A DNA stretch of 61,665 nucleotides, the filler included. It is 13 parts of 13 records of this genome, joined end to end, with 100 filler letters (N's around TTAATTAATTAA, not from the genome) between each part and the next. Parts side by side here need not be neighbours in the genome. Positions count along the whole stretch, not along the records: positions 18,151 to 24,178 come from SRR15195285_5820; positions 24,279 to 27,699 come from SRR15195285_5825; positions 27,800 to 31,108 come from SRR15195285_5835; positions 31,209 to 38,823 come from SRR15195285_5836; 9 more parts are not named here. One strand, written 5' to 3'. Made by a program: the position numbers and the translations under genes. Positions 21,901 to 34,076 of the stretch are shown piece by piece; positions within the stretch are counted from its first letter, which is position 1, and each line of letters begins with the position of its first letter. The notes beneath the pieces were generated by a model. That model saw only the letters and a program-made list of their open reading frames with translations, was not told the DNA's origin and did not search any database.

Positions 21901-24178
21901 GCCTTTCAAGGTCAATACTCCGGGTGACTTCCAGTTCCGCCTTCACGCCGATTACGGTACTGGTTCTTTCATCGGTGTGGATGGCAGCGAGTACACGCCC
22001 GGCAACTTGTGGGGACACGTCAACGTGGACGGGACATCTTTGACTGCGGGAGACCACGAATTCGGAATTCTCGGCTTCGAGGACTGTTGCGATGGTCACG
22101 CCGAGCTCGAAGTGCACCTGCCATGCGATGATGAGAGTTCTCCGTGGCGTACCGTCGTCCACGGTGAGTCCGAGTGCCTAACCTGCGGTGGTGCAGAGTT
22201 GGCACCAGAGTGCTCTATGGACACAGAGTCAGCAGCTTGCTGCGGTCAGAGCGGCCTTCATATCCAGTGTGGCACACCTGCCGACGGCACTGCATGCGGT
22301 GCCGGCCAGTGGGCTGACCCGCTTGGACAGGTCAATCCGGATGATATAGTGGGCCGTTTCGTCGCCGTGCCGGAGTCCATGAACATCCAGGATGCAATCA
22401 CTTATTGCAACACGCACTTCGCAGGCATTGCTAGCATCCACAGCGCCTCAGAGCAGACTCATGCACAGGCAGCGTGCACCAAGTACGCTGACGGGTCGCA
22501 GACCCCGGACGAAGAAACAGGAGCAGTGGCTCCTTACGGCTGCTGGATCGGCTTTCAAGACGAGGCAAGCGAGGGAGGATTCGCCTGGATAGACGGCACA
22601 CCGGTTGACTACGTTGCCTGGGCCCCGGGCGAGCCGAACTCGTACAGCGGCAACGTGGAGAACGCGGTGGAAATGGACTTCCGGGACTCCATCAGCAGGA
22701 GCGGGTACTGGAACGACGCACCGAATGCTCCGGACTATGGCATGTTCCCGCTTTGCCAGACTCAGGCACCGCTCCCACCGGCTCCAGGCCCCCCGCCTGC
22801 ACCGATGGTGTGGGGGACCGGGCAGACCTCGTCCTTCCAGTTGGCGGTCTGCATTGATCACGTCGATACTCTGTTTTTCCAGGATGACCGGCTTTGGTTC
22901 CAATACAACGGACAATGGGCAGCGGCCGGAACACACGGGAGCTGCCCTGACCGGTACAGAGGAAAAGCATATATCAACAATCAGCCGTGGGACATCAGCG
23001 ATCTGAGCCACTGCCATAGCGGTGTTGAGTGCCCGGTCTCGAAAACCTTTACGGATAGGCAGTTCGAGGTGCCGATGGGCTGCGGCAGCATCGACATGCA
23101 GGTCACCGTCAATTCGGGGCGTGGAACGCAGCCGCAGACGATTGCGCCGTCGCAAGGGAATAACTTCCGCGGCGAGGTAATTCTTAGCGATGATGGATTT
23201 GGAGGCGCTGACGTATACGACATCACTGTGACGCTCACCTGCCAGGGGACAGCCCCCAACCAATACGCCCGGTTGTCGTGCACTCACGCCACAGGCACGG
23301 AAGAATGCCACATGGGACGCATGGAGGTCTTCAATCATGGCGCAAGCCATGGTGACCACGAGTCTACTGGTGTTGGCGCCTGGGGCACTGTCTGCGGACA
23401 CTATACCTGGGATAACAACAATGCTGCAGACATCGTGTGCAGGCAGCTTGGCTTCGCTAGTGGGGAGGGCTACACCTTCGGAGCGACCAACCTGCTCCCG
23501 ACCCTCCCAGTTGTAGCGGGTTTCATGGCTTGTGAAGGAACAGAGGCCGACACGTTCCACTGCCCTCGCGGCGACTCTCGCCCTGGCCGCCCGGCGGACC
23601 CGTACTGCGCTATCGGTTGCCTCGGACCTGACGGAATCTACGGCACACTAGACGACACCATAGACTCCACGTGCACACACGCAATTGATCAGGGCGCCAT
23701 CTGTATGCGCGCGGACTCGATGCAGCAGCTGAACCCGGCTGTCCCCACCTGCCGAGCAGTCGGTGGGGGCGGAGTTGGCGACTCTGGAAACGCGCAGCAG
23801 CCCGCAGTTTTCGGTTGCTTTGAGTACTACACGACGAATTGCGTCTACGATGTCACCCACGCTGGTGTAACGGCTGGCCACGGCTCTGTCGGCTCATACG
23901 TGGACGCCATGCGTGCCTTCGCCACCTGCGCTGCGGTCGTGCCCGAAGTTGCAGGTTATTGCCATGGCGCTCTCCAGGACGGCTCGATGCTGTCCAACCA
24001 CATGGTGTGCATGTCCGGTCTGGCTGACGACCCCACAACTGAGGACGTCGACGAATCCCAGGGCGCAACTACGGACATAGGGTTCCACATCAGGATTCCT
24101 TTCCGCGTGAACGATGACGGGCTTTACACGTTCCGGTACCACATGGATATGGGCTTGGTGCGCATTCAATCTCCCCCG
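18937..24178 (+). CDS. Large secreted/surface protein, 3' partial: Cys-rich N-terminus, then two tandem units of C-type lectin - beta domain - SRCR - PA14/CCXG-like domain
   Basis: CTLD motifs LASIHS, CWIGF, F.W.DG, PGEPN and WND occur twice. SRCR motifs GR.EVF, WGTVCGH..WDN..A.IVCRQ.G and C.H..DQGAIC occur twice. GFEDCCDG is at 22073-22096. ORFs 19313-20386 and 20663-24226 are joined by introns. Confidence 0.88.
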
Positions 24179-24279
24179 NNNNNNNNNNNNNNNNNNNNNN
24201 NNNNNNNNNNNNNNNNNNNNNNTTAATTAATTAANNNNNNNNNNNNNNNNNNNNNNNNNNNNNNNNNNNNNNNNNNNNA

Positions 24280-24429
24280 CGGGCCTGGCTGCGCTGCGCG
24301 ATGCTCCCGTCGGAGCGCCGCAGCACCATGCGCGTCAACAAGGAGAAGCTCAAGGTGGCGATGGAAGCTGCCGATCGAGCCGAGGCGTCTGGAGCGGCTC
24401 CAGACGGGACCCAGCTACGCTGCGAGTGA
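24280..24429 (+). CDS. Possible last exon of a truncated gene
   Basis: GC3-rich open frame from the contig edge, RAWLRCAMLPSERRSTMRVNKEKLKVAMEAADRAE...CE*. Confidence 0.35.
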   Translation, partial: RAWLRCAMLPSERRSTMRVNKEKLKVAMEAADRAEASGAAPDGTQLRCE

Positions 24430-24912
24430 CTTGGGGTGATCCCGTGGAGCTGCGCGCTGGAAATGCAGGTGCTGTGTTCGAACAAGACGTCGGTGATCGC
24501 GCAGTCGAATTTGCACCAGAAAGATAACACAAGTAAAACATTGCGAGAGCCACCCGAATAGATTTACATTAGCTGAGCTGGAGCAACAGATTAGAGATGC
24601 GTGTCTTGTCATCGTACGTCAGCCGTCCTTTATCATGAAGCCCCTGGATATCGCCACATATTGTGTCTATGGTCACATCCAGTTCATCCAGCGCGGCAAG
24701 ATGAACGGCCTGCAGCGTGGCTTGCATCTGCGCGCTAACTGGCTTTGCTGCCACCGTGGCTGCCTGGGTCTCTTCAGTGGACACCCCCTTGCTCGCAGCT
24801 CGCAAAGCGACGCCGAGAATAGGCCACTTGTAATGAACCCGTAAGCGACCGTGCATGTTGCGCAGTAAGACGCAAAACCATTTAATACCTCTGCACACTC
24901 ACTGTCCCTTCG

Positions 24913-27085
24913 CTAACTCGACCCGGTCTCGCGCTCGAACATAGGGGAGGAAAACTCCCCGTCCATCGGGTCTTTTGATTTGAACTTTGCGAGCGCACCA
25001 GCCATGTTGCCTAGTTTCTCTACCTTAGAAGACTTGATGCGCGTTGCCACCGCCCATGCCTTTGCCTCGGAGCGTTTCTCCTCCACCTCTTTCTTCATTT
25101 CAACCATGTTGTCCTAAACGGTCGACAACAGCATTGAACAGTTGGACCAGCAGTGTAGACATAGCGCTCGTGAAATGGCATCTCTAGAGGCAGGCATGGA
25201 GGCGTGCGTGCTTTTACCAAAATAACACCAATGAAGAGATTCAGCATCAAAAATCCAGCAATGAAAATGTAGAGTCCAAAGTAGGCTATTGCGATAGTGG
25301 GAGACGGCTCGTGGTCGCAGTCTCCCCGCGCATCCAGTGGGGTAGCCGCTATATACGATGCGTAGCCATCGCCCATGCCTTCGCAACCGTACATTTGGAA
25401 GTAAAGGGGCCTGTGTGCACGCGGAAAACTTGAGAGGAGCAATATGTGTACACAATATCACTGATCTGTATCCCAACACCTGCTGCAATAGCCAAACACC
25501 GGCCAAGACCACCAGGCAACTTACTGAGTCCAACCTTCAAGCGTAGCTACTCTGAACAACGTTACCATAGCTAGCCCCAGATTGCCAAAGAAGAACGGAT
25601 CGTTCGACCCGAAGATGGTCACTGCGCGACAGGCGCCATCCATTGGCAACGAGATTCAGATGGAGAGTAATATCAGATCAGAATCAGATCTCCTCACCGC
25701 CAACGATAGCGAAGATGTACGAGATCAGCATCAGAAACGCCATGATGTACAACACGCTTGCAGTAGATCGTATCAATGTCTCAAGAACAAGTGTGAGCTG
25801 GGGGAAGACCCTGGCTGCCCGGAGGATCCGAAGAGCCCGCAATAGCCTCAAGATACGCAGCACTCGCACAGCCCCCGCGCCAGAACCGTTTGACGTCAGT
25901 GGCGTCAGGATGGCCAGCGCGACGAGGACAACGAAGTCAAAGCTATTCCATACGTCCGCAAAGAACGCAGCTATGGACGCGGCAGATCCACTGTCAGCGA
26001 GCAGCTTTAGCAAGCACTCAGCCCCAAACTGTGTGCACAACCACCACCAATAGGGTGCAATACCAATTATTTTAGCAAGTGTCTCACACGTATGGGCAGA
26101 CGGGTAGGTCGGCTTGCCGGTCCACTCACCATGACATTAGTAAACCATCCCAGAGTCATTGATAGAAGTGAGTTTTCATACTCTGGATACGTCTGGATCC
26201 CGCTGTTGATAGCTGACAAGCAGATACATATGTAGAAAACCGTCTCTACTTCTTTTTGCAAAACCAACATTCTGGGCTTTGCCCGGTAGAACGGAATCTC
26301 TGGACCGGTTACGTTGCCACCCACCTTGGCGCCATCAACTGGTGGCATCAACGCCATTGTTGGTCATGACGATCAGGCTGAAGGCAATTGGAGACAGATT
26401 GCGTGTATGCAGCTCACAGTGTACCCAGCGCATCATGGCGCCAACACCGTAAAACGAAATGTTCCCGAGCGAGCGACTCGACGTCGGGGCTTCTACTCTA
26501 TCTGCATCTACGGAGCTCGATTCTTTCGACACCTGATATGGCCAGCGGCGGAGCATTTGTCAGCTCTACGCGAGCTCTACGCAGGTGCTGATATGTAGAA
26601 CTAGTTGCACTCACCACCCTTTCATACACTATGAGGAACTCATTCAGCGTCAAGTCGCCGTTCTGATTCACATCCACCTCTGCGATCAGGGCTGCCACAT
26701 CTTCCTCCGTGGGACTCTCGCCGAGAAGCCTCAGCGCATCCATCAGTTCATCGTTGTCCATGCTGCCCGAGGAGTCCCGATCATACATGTCAAACAGCTC
26801 GTGGGCTTCCTGAATTTGCTCATGCGTCATTCCTGAGCCCTCCATACTAGTAAGGGTTTCCGCCAGCGGGAGGGCGGACGGCGGAGGCCCTCTCGGGCCG
26901 TCATCTCCTAGCAATTGATCGAGTTTCTGCTCAATCTGACCTCGCTGATCAGTCAGCAGATCCTCGAACTTTAGCGCCAGAGTGGCAAGAGTGATCTCTT
27001 CAGGGCTTTTCAGCCTGCGCAGCTCTGTCTTGAGCGCCTCCACTTCGGCGCGCAGCTGCGCATTCTCCTCCTTCAGCTGCTCCAT
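24913..27085 (-). CDS. Single-domain (6TM) voltage-gated Na+/Ca2+-type channel with an N-terminal coiled coil and EF-hand pair; multi-exon
   Basis: EF loops DRDSSGSMDNDE and DVNQNGDLTLNE; S2/S3 FGAECLLK, WNSFDFVVL; S4 RVLRILRLLRALRILRAAR; pore DPFFFGNLGLAMVTLFRVATLEGWTQ; S6 MLNLFIGVIL. The 3' end could extend into ORF 24569-24898. Confidence 0.9.
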
Positions 27086-27251
27086 CGCGCGCTGCTGAGT
27101 GCTGTGTATCACTCGTGTGTACTGCTGTGTATCGGCTCAGCTATATCTCATATCGTGCGACCGGGAGCCGCAGGGTGCGGCGCTACAAACCACAGCACAT
27201 AGCGTCGTTGCAGGGCGATTCACATTTGCACACAGTGCCGTTGATGGTGCC

Positions 27252-27316
27252 GTGGCAATGCAGTAGGACGTCCGCAACGCGGTGGCAATGCAGTATAGGA
27301 CGTCCGCAACGCGGTG
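27252..27316. repeat. Tandem duplication of ~30 bp
   Basis: GTGGCAATGCAGTA(TA)GGACGTCCGCAACGCG occurs twice. Confidence 0.85.
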
Positions 27317-28079
27317 CGTATGCGGTGCCCTGCATGCATGCATGTACAGGCACATGCACGCTCCTGTTTACTGATCAAGAGTCCTACACGTGATGGCCGC
27401 GTGCTCCGTCGGTGATCGCTGCACTAGAGTACCGTACGGCTCTACTAGATCTAGTACTATTCATAGTACATTAATGGATCTAGCTAGTACTACCATCAAT
27501 AGTAGCACAGCTGCTGCACATACGAGTACGCTGTACTATTATGGTACTGATACTGCCGCATACGTGATAGTATGCCCTATAGTATCGACATGTCAACCGT
27601 ACAGTATCAAAGTATAGTACCATTATAGGAAGTTCCTACCTACGTTGTTTGTACAATAAAGCGCCCGGATGCATTAAAAGTCAAGTGACAAGAAACACAN
27701 NNNNNNNNNNNNNNNNNNNNNNNNNNNNNNNNNNNNNNNNNNNTTAATTAATTAANNNNNNNNNNNNNNNNNNNNNNNNNNNNNNNNNNNNNNNNNNNNC
27801 GAAACGGTGTGTAGCTGCTTTGTACACAGCTGTTATTAAAGCCTTTCGAGTTTTGCGAGAGTCGAACTAGGGGGACCGTTTGTACTTGTAATTTTTTAAA
27901 AAACTGTAATCTGTAATCTCACCGACCTAGGAATCGCATTGTACATGTAGGCGCCCGCGCGCGCCCCGCCGCGGGCGCGCGCGTATAAATGGCGCGCGCG
28001 TATCGCGCCGTACGTACTAGATCTAGTACCGCACCATGCGTGCGCGTACGATTGCGCGGTATGCCGTAGCGATACGGGG

Positions 28080-30975
28080 ATGGCAAAGCTGACGCACCGA
28101 CTCGTGCTGGTGCTCGTGCTGGCGAGGTCAACTGCATCGCACGGCGATAGCCCGGCAGAGCGAAAGCGTCGCGGCGATTCTTTCTTTCTCGACGGCCAGT
28201 TCGACGGCTTCGCGCGGGACAGCACCCCGACGCCGGCTGCGTTCGAGGATCTGCGCCAGACCTACACACCTAGCATCAAGATCAATACCTCTTCTCCATT
28301 GCGCGCCGGCTCGTTCTGCGAGACCCCTGACCTGGGACCTCACGCTCCGGTTCACCCGTACGCTTGCGGCGAGAACGGAGCTTGGGTTGAGGTGTCCGGT
28401 CAATGTGCAACATTGAGCGGCGTCTGGTGGGCTGGAATCTTCCCTGCGTCTGCTCCGGCAAACATGCACACAATCAACCCTGACGAGCTCCCAGGTAACA
28501 ACAGCAAGTCGCCATGGACCCCGCCGTTCATGGTGCCCGCGCCGCTGAAGTTCTCAAGCGTGCACTGCTCCTCCAACCTCAGCAAGGGAGACACCAACGA
28601 TCCCATCTGGCGGCGGTGGTGGATCCCAAACACACGGCAGCCTGTCGTTTTCATTCTCTTCAACGGTTCTGAGTCCAGCGCTCACGAGACTGCGCGCAGT
28701 GAACCGATCAAGTTTGCTGATAGTGCCGCGCCGATGCACTTGCGGTTGGGTCGGATGCACAATGTATCTCAAATGAGGGTGTCGTGGACGTCGTCTTGCT
28801 CGCAAGACTCCGGAGACTTGGTGGTGAAGTGGGGGACAGATCCGAAGCAACTGGGTCACACGATCGCGGCAACATCTGCGACATGTGAGTGCAAAGCGCA
28901 CGTCTCGGCTCGCGCTGCGTATCGATATGCGTTTCGAGCCTGGGCCGTGTCTCACCAATCACACCGCTCGTTGGCTTCCTGTTGTTGTGGCTACATGCAG
29001 ACACTGCGGAGGACGTATGTGGCGAGCCGGCCAAGACTATGGGCTGGTGGGAGCCACACTGGCAGCACACAGCAGTCATTGACCTCATGTCTGCACAAAC
29101 AGAACCGGTGGCGATGTATTACTATCAGGTGACTGGGTGCGGATGGAGCTCCGAGATCAGCAGCTTTCGCCCACCGAATGTTGGGCATGAGCACACCCTG
29201 ACAGCTGTGCTGACGGCAGATATGGGTGCCACCACTCCTGATCGCATCAGCCAACGTGAGTCTTTGTCCGTCAGCATCTACCTTTCTCTTCTGCTTCATA
29301 ACCTGCGTGCCTCCTCGTTCTCGTTGTAAGTTCCCTCTCAACAGGTATTGTATGATGTTGTCCGATTGCAGATTGGGCAGAACCCGATGCCTTCCAAACT
29401 ACTGCCAACATGGCATCGCTTGTTGAGAACGGCTTCGCAGGGCGCCCTGTTGACCTCGCGTTCTGTGTTGGTGATCTTTCCTACGCCACAGGCTATCTAG
29501 GCAAATGGTAAGCACTGTAGACTACTGCTGTTGCTTTGCTGAAGGTGATTCCAATAGCGACTTCACACAAAAAGTGACTTGCCGAGGCCAACACTGTCCA
29601 CTGTCATTAGAATTCTCAGCTATGATGTTGACTGTGCATTGCTCCTACACTCGCAGGGAGACGTTTATGAATGCGATCAACCCGGTGAGTTCACGCGTCC
29701 CGTATATGGTTGGACAAGGAAATCACGAACAAGACTGGTACAACACAGAAACCATTGGGTCTGGCCAAGGGCCTGAGCTTGGGCGAGACTCTGGTGGGGA
29801 GTGCGGCGTCCCAACGTCTGCACGGTTCAAGATGCCGTCTTCCCCGACCGCGGCTGCCAGTCGACCCCGGCACCTGAAGAAGCAGTTCCACGACGATCCG
29901 TTCTGGTATTCGTTTGATGCTGGCCCCGTGCACATTGTCATGGCAAACACGGAGCTTCCTCTCAATCCACCTTCTCAACAGTGGAATTGGCTGGTCGCTG
30001 ATCTCGAGACAGTCGAGCGCACTACCACGCCGTGGATAGTCGTGATGGGCCATCGACCAAATTTCATGGAAGCAACGATTGAGGCACTGCTTTGGCAGCA
30101 CGGTGTTGACTTGACTGTAGCCGGTCATGTCCACTACGCCCAGCGTTCATGCCCACTGAAGGCAGGCAGCTGCATGAAGCCAAATGTGACAGGCGGATAC
30201 GACGGAGTCATCCATGTGGTAGCGGGAAATGGTGGGCAGGCCTTGAACAATGCTTCACAGTCTGGGTCAGTGACGAAACCCATTTGTTTTGGATTCGAAA
30301 AGTCTCTTTGCTAAGACCAATTCGCATTGGACACTTGACGGGTTGACTGGATTTTGTGTGTGCTGCAGATTTCCAAGCGTGAAGTGGCCATATGTCGGCT
30401 CCGGTTGTAACTGGAATGACCCAGGTGCAAATTGCACGGCGAGCAAGAAGCTGACTGGCTCCTTCCAGGGGAGCGGAACAGAGTTTGGGATGAGTGCGTT
30501 TGTTGCCAACTCCACAATGCTACGGTGGGCATTCATCGGCAACAACGACTCACAAGTCCACTACGAGTTCACGATTCACCGGGCATTCCCGCGTCTCCCG
30601 CCGCCGCCACCAGCGCCAATTCCACCACCGCCACCACCGCCACCACCACCGACACCAAATCCTGCCCCGGCCCCTCCTCCTCTAGGCGACAAGTGGGAAT
30701 GTCACGCTGGCGCGATGTCCTCGTCGCTTCCCTTAAAAGACATAGACCTAACACAACCACCTTTCGGCACCGCCAATGCCACTGTCGAGACATGCGAAGA
30801 GATGTGCAACGGGCGGCCGGACTGCGCGGTGGTGAACTGGCATGGCGCGGAAGTCAATGGCGCGATGGTCAACCACTGCCACCTCATGGTCGGCAAGGTG
30901 CCGCTGCGTGGCGCCTTCGCGCAGTCGCTCAAGAACATCAGTGGTTACACCGCGTGCATCCGCGCTGCCAGTTAG
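28080..30975 (+). CDS. Secreted purple acid phosphatase (metallophosphoesterase with Fn3-like N-domain), Pro-rich linker and C-terminal PAN/apple-like module; multi-exon
   Basis: Five metal motifs in order across exons: ADMG, GDLSYA, GNHE, VMGHRP, AGHVH. Also DSGGECG, FWYSFDAGPVH and MRVSWTS. Confidence 0.92.
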
Positions 30976-31284
30976 CACGCCGAAGTCGTAGTGCCCAGAC
31001 GTGGTCGGCGGAAGGGTGCATTCCGCGTTTGACAAAAACGAACTTGTGTACAATTCGAATAGCCCAAAGATCGCCCAATGATGGACCCATGTCTTGGTTC
31101 CCACGCGCNNNNNNNNNNNNNNNNNNNNNNNNNNNNNNNNNNNNNNNNNNNNTTAATTAATTAANNNNNNNNNNNNNNNNNNNNNNNNNNNNNNNNNNNN
31201 NNNNNNNNCCCCCCCCCCCCCCCCCCCCGCGCGCCCCCTGCCCTCCTCGTTTTTTGCGGCCTTACTCCAGAAGCCCATCGCAAG

Positions 31285-32292
31285 CTATAGTTTTGGTGAA
31301 ACCTCTGCGTTTCGCACGTCATCTGCCCAGTACTTCCACAAATCCTTGTTCGTAGCTACGCCGCCAGCGTCCGTCCGTTGCTCGTTGCCCCAGCGCGTCG
31401 TGTGAAATCGTGTGATAATCGCTTGCCGAACACAATCACTATGATTCGAGCTCGACGCGTGCACACACCAATGATGCCAGATCAGCACGTCACCCTTCTG
31501 CATGACTGCCTCGTGTGGGACGCCGTCGTAGCTGCCTGGGAGTGCTGAGTTCATGTAGTCTGCTGTCATCCCACCTGCTGAGCCACACGCAGGCACGCCA
31601 TGCACAGACGCCACGTCCAACTTGTCATTGATGGCGCCGCCAGAAGATAAATCATCCGGCCAATCTTGAAAGTACCGATGCACGGCGATGTGGCTCTTAG
31701 GCCATACATAAGTCGCACCGCCGCCCGTGGCTACGTCATCCAAGTACGTGGTCATTCCCACGAACCAGCGGCTCACGCACCCACCTTTGCGATCCGGTCG
31801 CATTCCCTCTACGTGCGGCTTGTGATACGGAACGATCGATCGCGGGGTATTTGCTTGCACAGGCCAATTGCATACAACAACGTCGTTTTCAAAGCCCGCC
31901 CCAGCGTCGCCTGGTGCGCCGATACCAGAGCCATACGTGCCCTCGCCGATGAGCTGATTGAGCGCAGCCCTGGCGTTCGGCTCATCAATGATCGCAGGCT
32001 CAATCGGAAAGGGGTCCGCTGCCGTGTCCTCGCCCGGAAATGGATAAACCAACCGCATCCGGGCCTCGGGAGTAAATATCGCCGTGTTCCGCGCGCCACT
32101 GTTCCGGACAGTGCCTGCGTACGTGCCAACAAAATCCCCCTCCGGCCAGTCATCTGGATCGACCGTTGTTGCTGCCCAGACCTGCTGGCGCCATCGATCG
32201 ACGGTCTCTATCGGGAAGAAGCGCCGAACGATGACGTATCCGTTCTCCTTGAACTCCAGTATCTGATCGAAGTTCAAGGGTCCCCCCGCCAT
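31285..32292 (-). CDS. Phytanoyl-CoA dioxygenase (PhyH) family 2OG-Fe(II) oxygenase with PTS1-like C-terminus (PKL); intronless
   Basis: FKENGYVIVRRF, PHVEG, TTYLDDV..GGGATYVWPKSH, KGDVLIWHHWCVHASSSN..R; ends SPKL*. Confidence 0.88.
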   Translation of the reverse strand: MAGGPLNFDQILEFKENGYVIVRRFFPIETVDRWRQQVWAATTVDPDDWPEGDFVGTYAGTVRNSGARNTAIFTPEARMRLVYPFPGEDTAADPFPIEPAIIDEPNARAALNQLIGEGTYGSGIGAPGDAGAGFENDVVVCNWPVQANTPRSIVPYHKPHVEGMRPDRKGGCVSRWFVGMTTYLDDVATGGGATYVWPKSHIAVHRYFQDWPDDLSSGGAINDKLDVASVHGVPACGSAGGMTADYMNSALPGSYDGVPHEAVMQKGDVLIWHHWCVHASSSNHSDCVRQAIITRFHTTRWGNEQRTDAGGVATNKDLWKYWADDVRNAEVSPKL

Positions 32293-32750
32293 CCGTGACA
32301 CGATCACGCACTATCGCCCAAGCGACTGGTTTGCTACTATTGAAACATCGGCGTGGCCAAGCGAGGAGGGGCTCAGAGTGTTTAGGTACTTGACTGACCC
32401 TGGTTTCCGCCCTGAGGTCGCCCTCCAGCCTCCCTAGAGCGTGGCACGATTCGTTGTCCGGCCTCTGCGCCCGCAGCCCGATCGTGGCACCAAGTGTATA
32501 CCGCGCGATGCGATCCTGCCCGCGATCAGGGGTGCCAGCGATCCGGATCCTGCCCGCGCGATCCTGATAGATGTATGCGCGTGCGCGCGTCGGGCAGCCC
32601 GCCGTTGGAGTGCCCAGGTTGGTACCCAGTCAATTGACTGAAGCGCGCCGCCCGCGGGGGATTGAGTAATTCATGCCCGCGGTTACTCTAGCTAGCTAGA
32701 TCTAGTAACTCGCGCGCGTTGTCCGGAGGGGTCCGCGTACCGTATTCGCA

Positions 32751-33958
32751 ATGGCATCATCGCGTCGGCTTGGCACCATCGCACAGCACCTCGCCCATCC
32801 ACGCGCCTGCAATACAGCAGGTGCTGCCACAGCACCTGCTGCACCTGGAACGCCGTTCGTCCCAGAGCCACTGCTCCCTGGTGGGCAGGTGCTGTCCCTC
32901 TTCGCACCTGGATCATCGATGCTCAACTCGGAGCGCGCCCATGAAGTCGAGTCCTACAATCACCGAGGTCAGTCCGCAGATGTAGCTGCTACGGCAGCTG
33001 GCCGTACCCGGACCGTGGTCAATGTGCACAATCCCACCATTGAGGCTCACATTCTGCCACCTGGACCTCAGAACGCTGGAAGTGCAATCATAGTTGTCCC
33101 TGGTGGAGGTCATCAAATCCTGATGATTGGGCCAGAAGGTGGCGACTGTGTTCCATTTTTTGCAAACTATGGGATCTCGACCATCATTCTTCGCGAACGG
33201 CTACGGATTGATGGGTGAGTGGACATGCTCCGTCATCATACCACACGTGTGCAGACTGTGGCCAGTTTTGCTAGAGACCGTTACACTGGCCTGATCGCCG
33301 CACTGGCGTTGCTTGCAGCTACGACATGACTACCGATGCAATGAACGACACGTACCAAGCGATTCGTCTTGTGCGCAGCCACGCGATCGGTTGGGGTCTT
33401 GACCCAAAGAAGATTGGCATCATGGGATTCTCTGCAGGGGCGGAGCTTGCAGCGACAGCAGCGCTGACCTACGATGAGTGGGATGTCGCGTACGCTGCCG
33501 TTCCCAGTGGGGCCGGAGAGTCGCTGATAGGCGTTTCATCTCGCCCCGACTTTGCAGCGCTGCTGTACCCGGGCCCGACGCCTTTCCGCAAAGACAAAAG
33601 CCCTCATGCCAAGCCTGAGGACTCAGTGCTTGAGCCACCACTTATTCCTCAGGATGTCCCCCCGACTTTCATCGCATCTCCAGGCACCGGCGACAGAATT
33701 CACGCAATATGGGCGACAGAGTACTTCAGCGCAATGTTGGAGGCTGGAGTGCCGAACATCGAAATGCACATTTATGGCAATGGTACACACGGCGGCGGGT
33801 TGACGTACAGGCATGGAACGCCGCTTGGAAGCTGGACCGATCGTTTCATTGAGTGGTTTGCGGACTTGGGGTTCATGTCGGTTCACCTAGCTGGAGAACA
33901 GACGAAGGCTGCCTTAGACGTGGCAAGCTTCGCGCGTGGAGAGTCTGTGCCACAATAA
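32751..33958 (+). CDS. Alpha/beta hydrolase (bacterial xylanase-B / BD-FAE-like esterase) with N-terminal PTS2; intron 33215-33318
   Basis: NVHNPTI, PGGGH, nucleophile GFSAG, RPDFAALLYPG, EMHIYGNGTHGGGL; RLGTIAQHL at the N-terminus; splicing gives RIDGYDM in frame. Confidence 0.9.
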
Positions 33959-34076
33959 CAAGCGAGAGCAGCCCTTCTATGATTGAGTACAAACAATGAT
34001 GCTGTGAACCACTACTTTCAGGTACTGCAATGCTGGTGGTTTTTGGACGAGATGTACCAAGCAACAGATGGCCCAC

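Noticed and set aside
31285-33958. Bacterial contamination suggested by bacterial-like enzymes
   Set aside because: The esterase has a spliceosomal intron, both proteins have peroxisomal signals, and the contig also carries a BTB/IQ gene.
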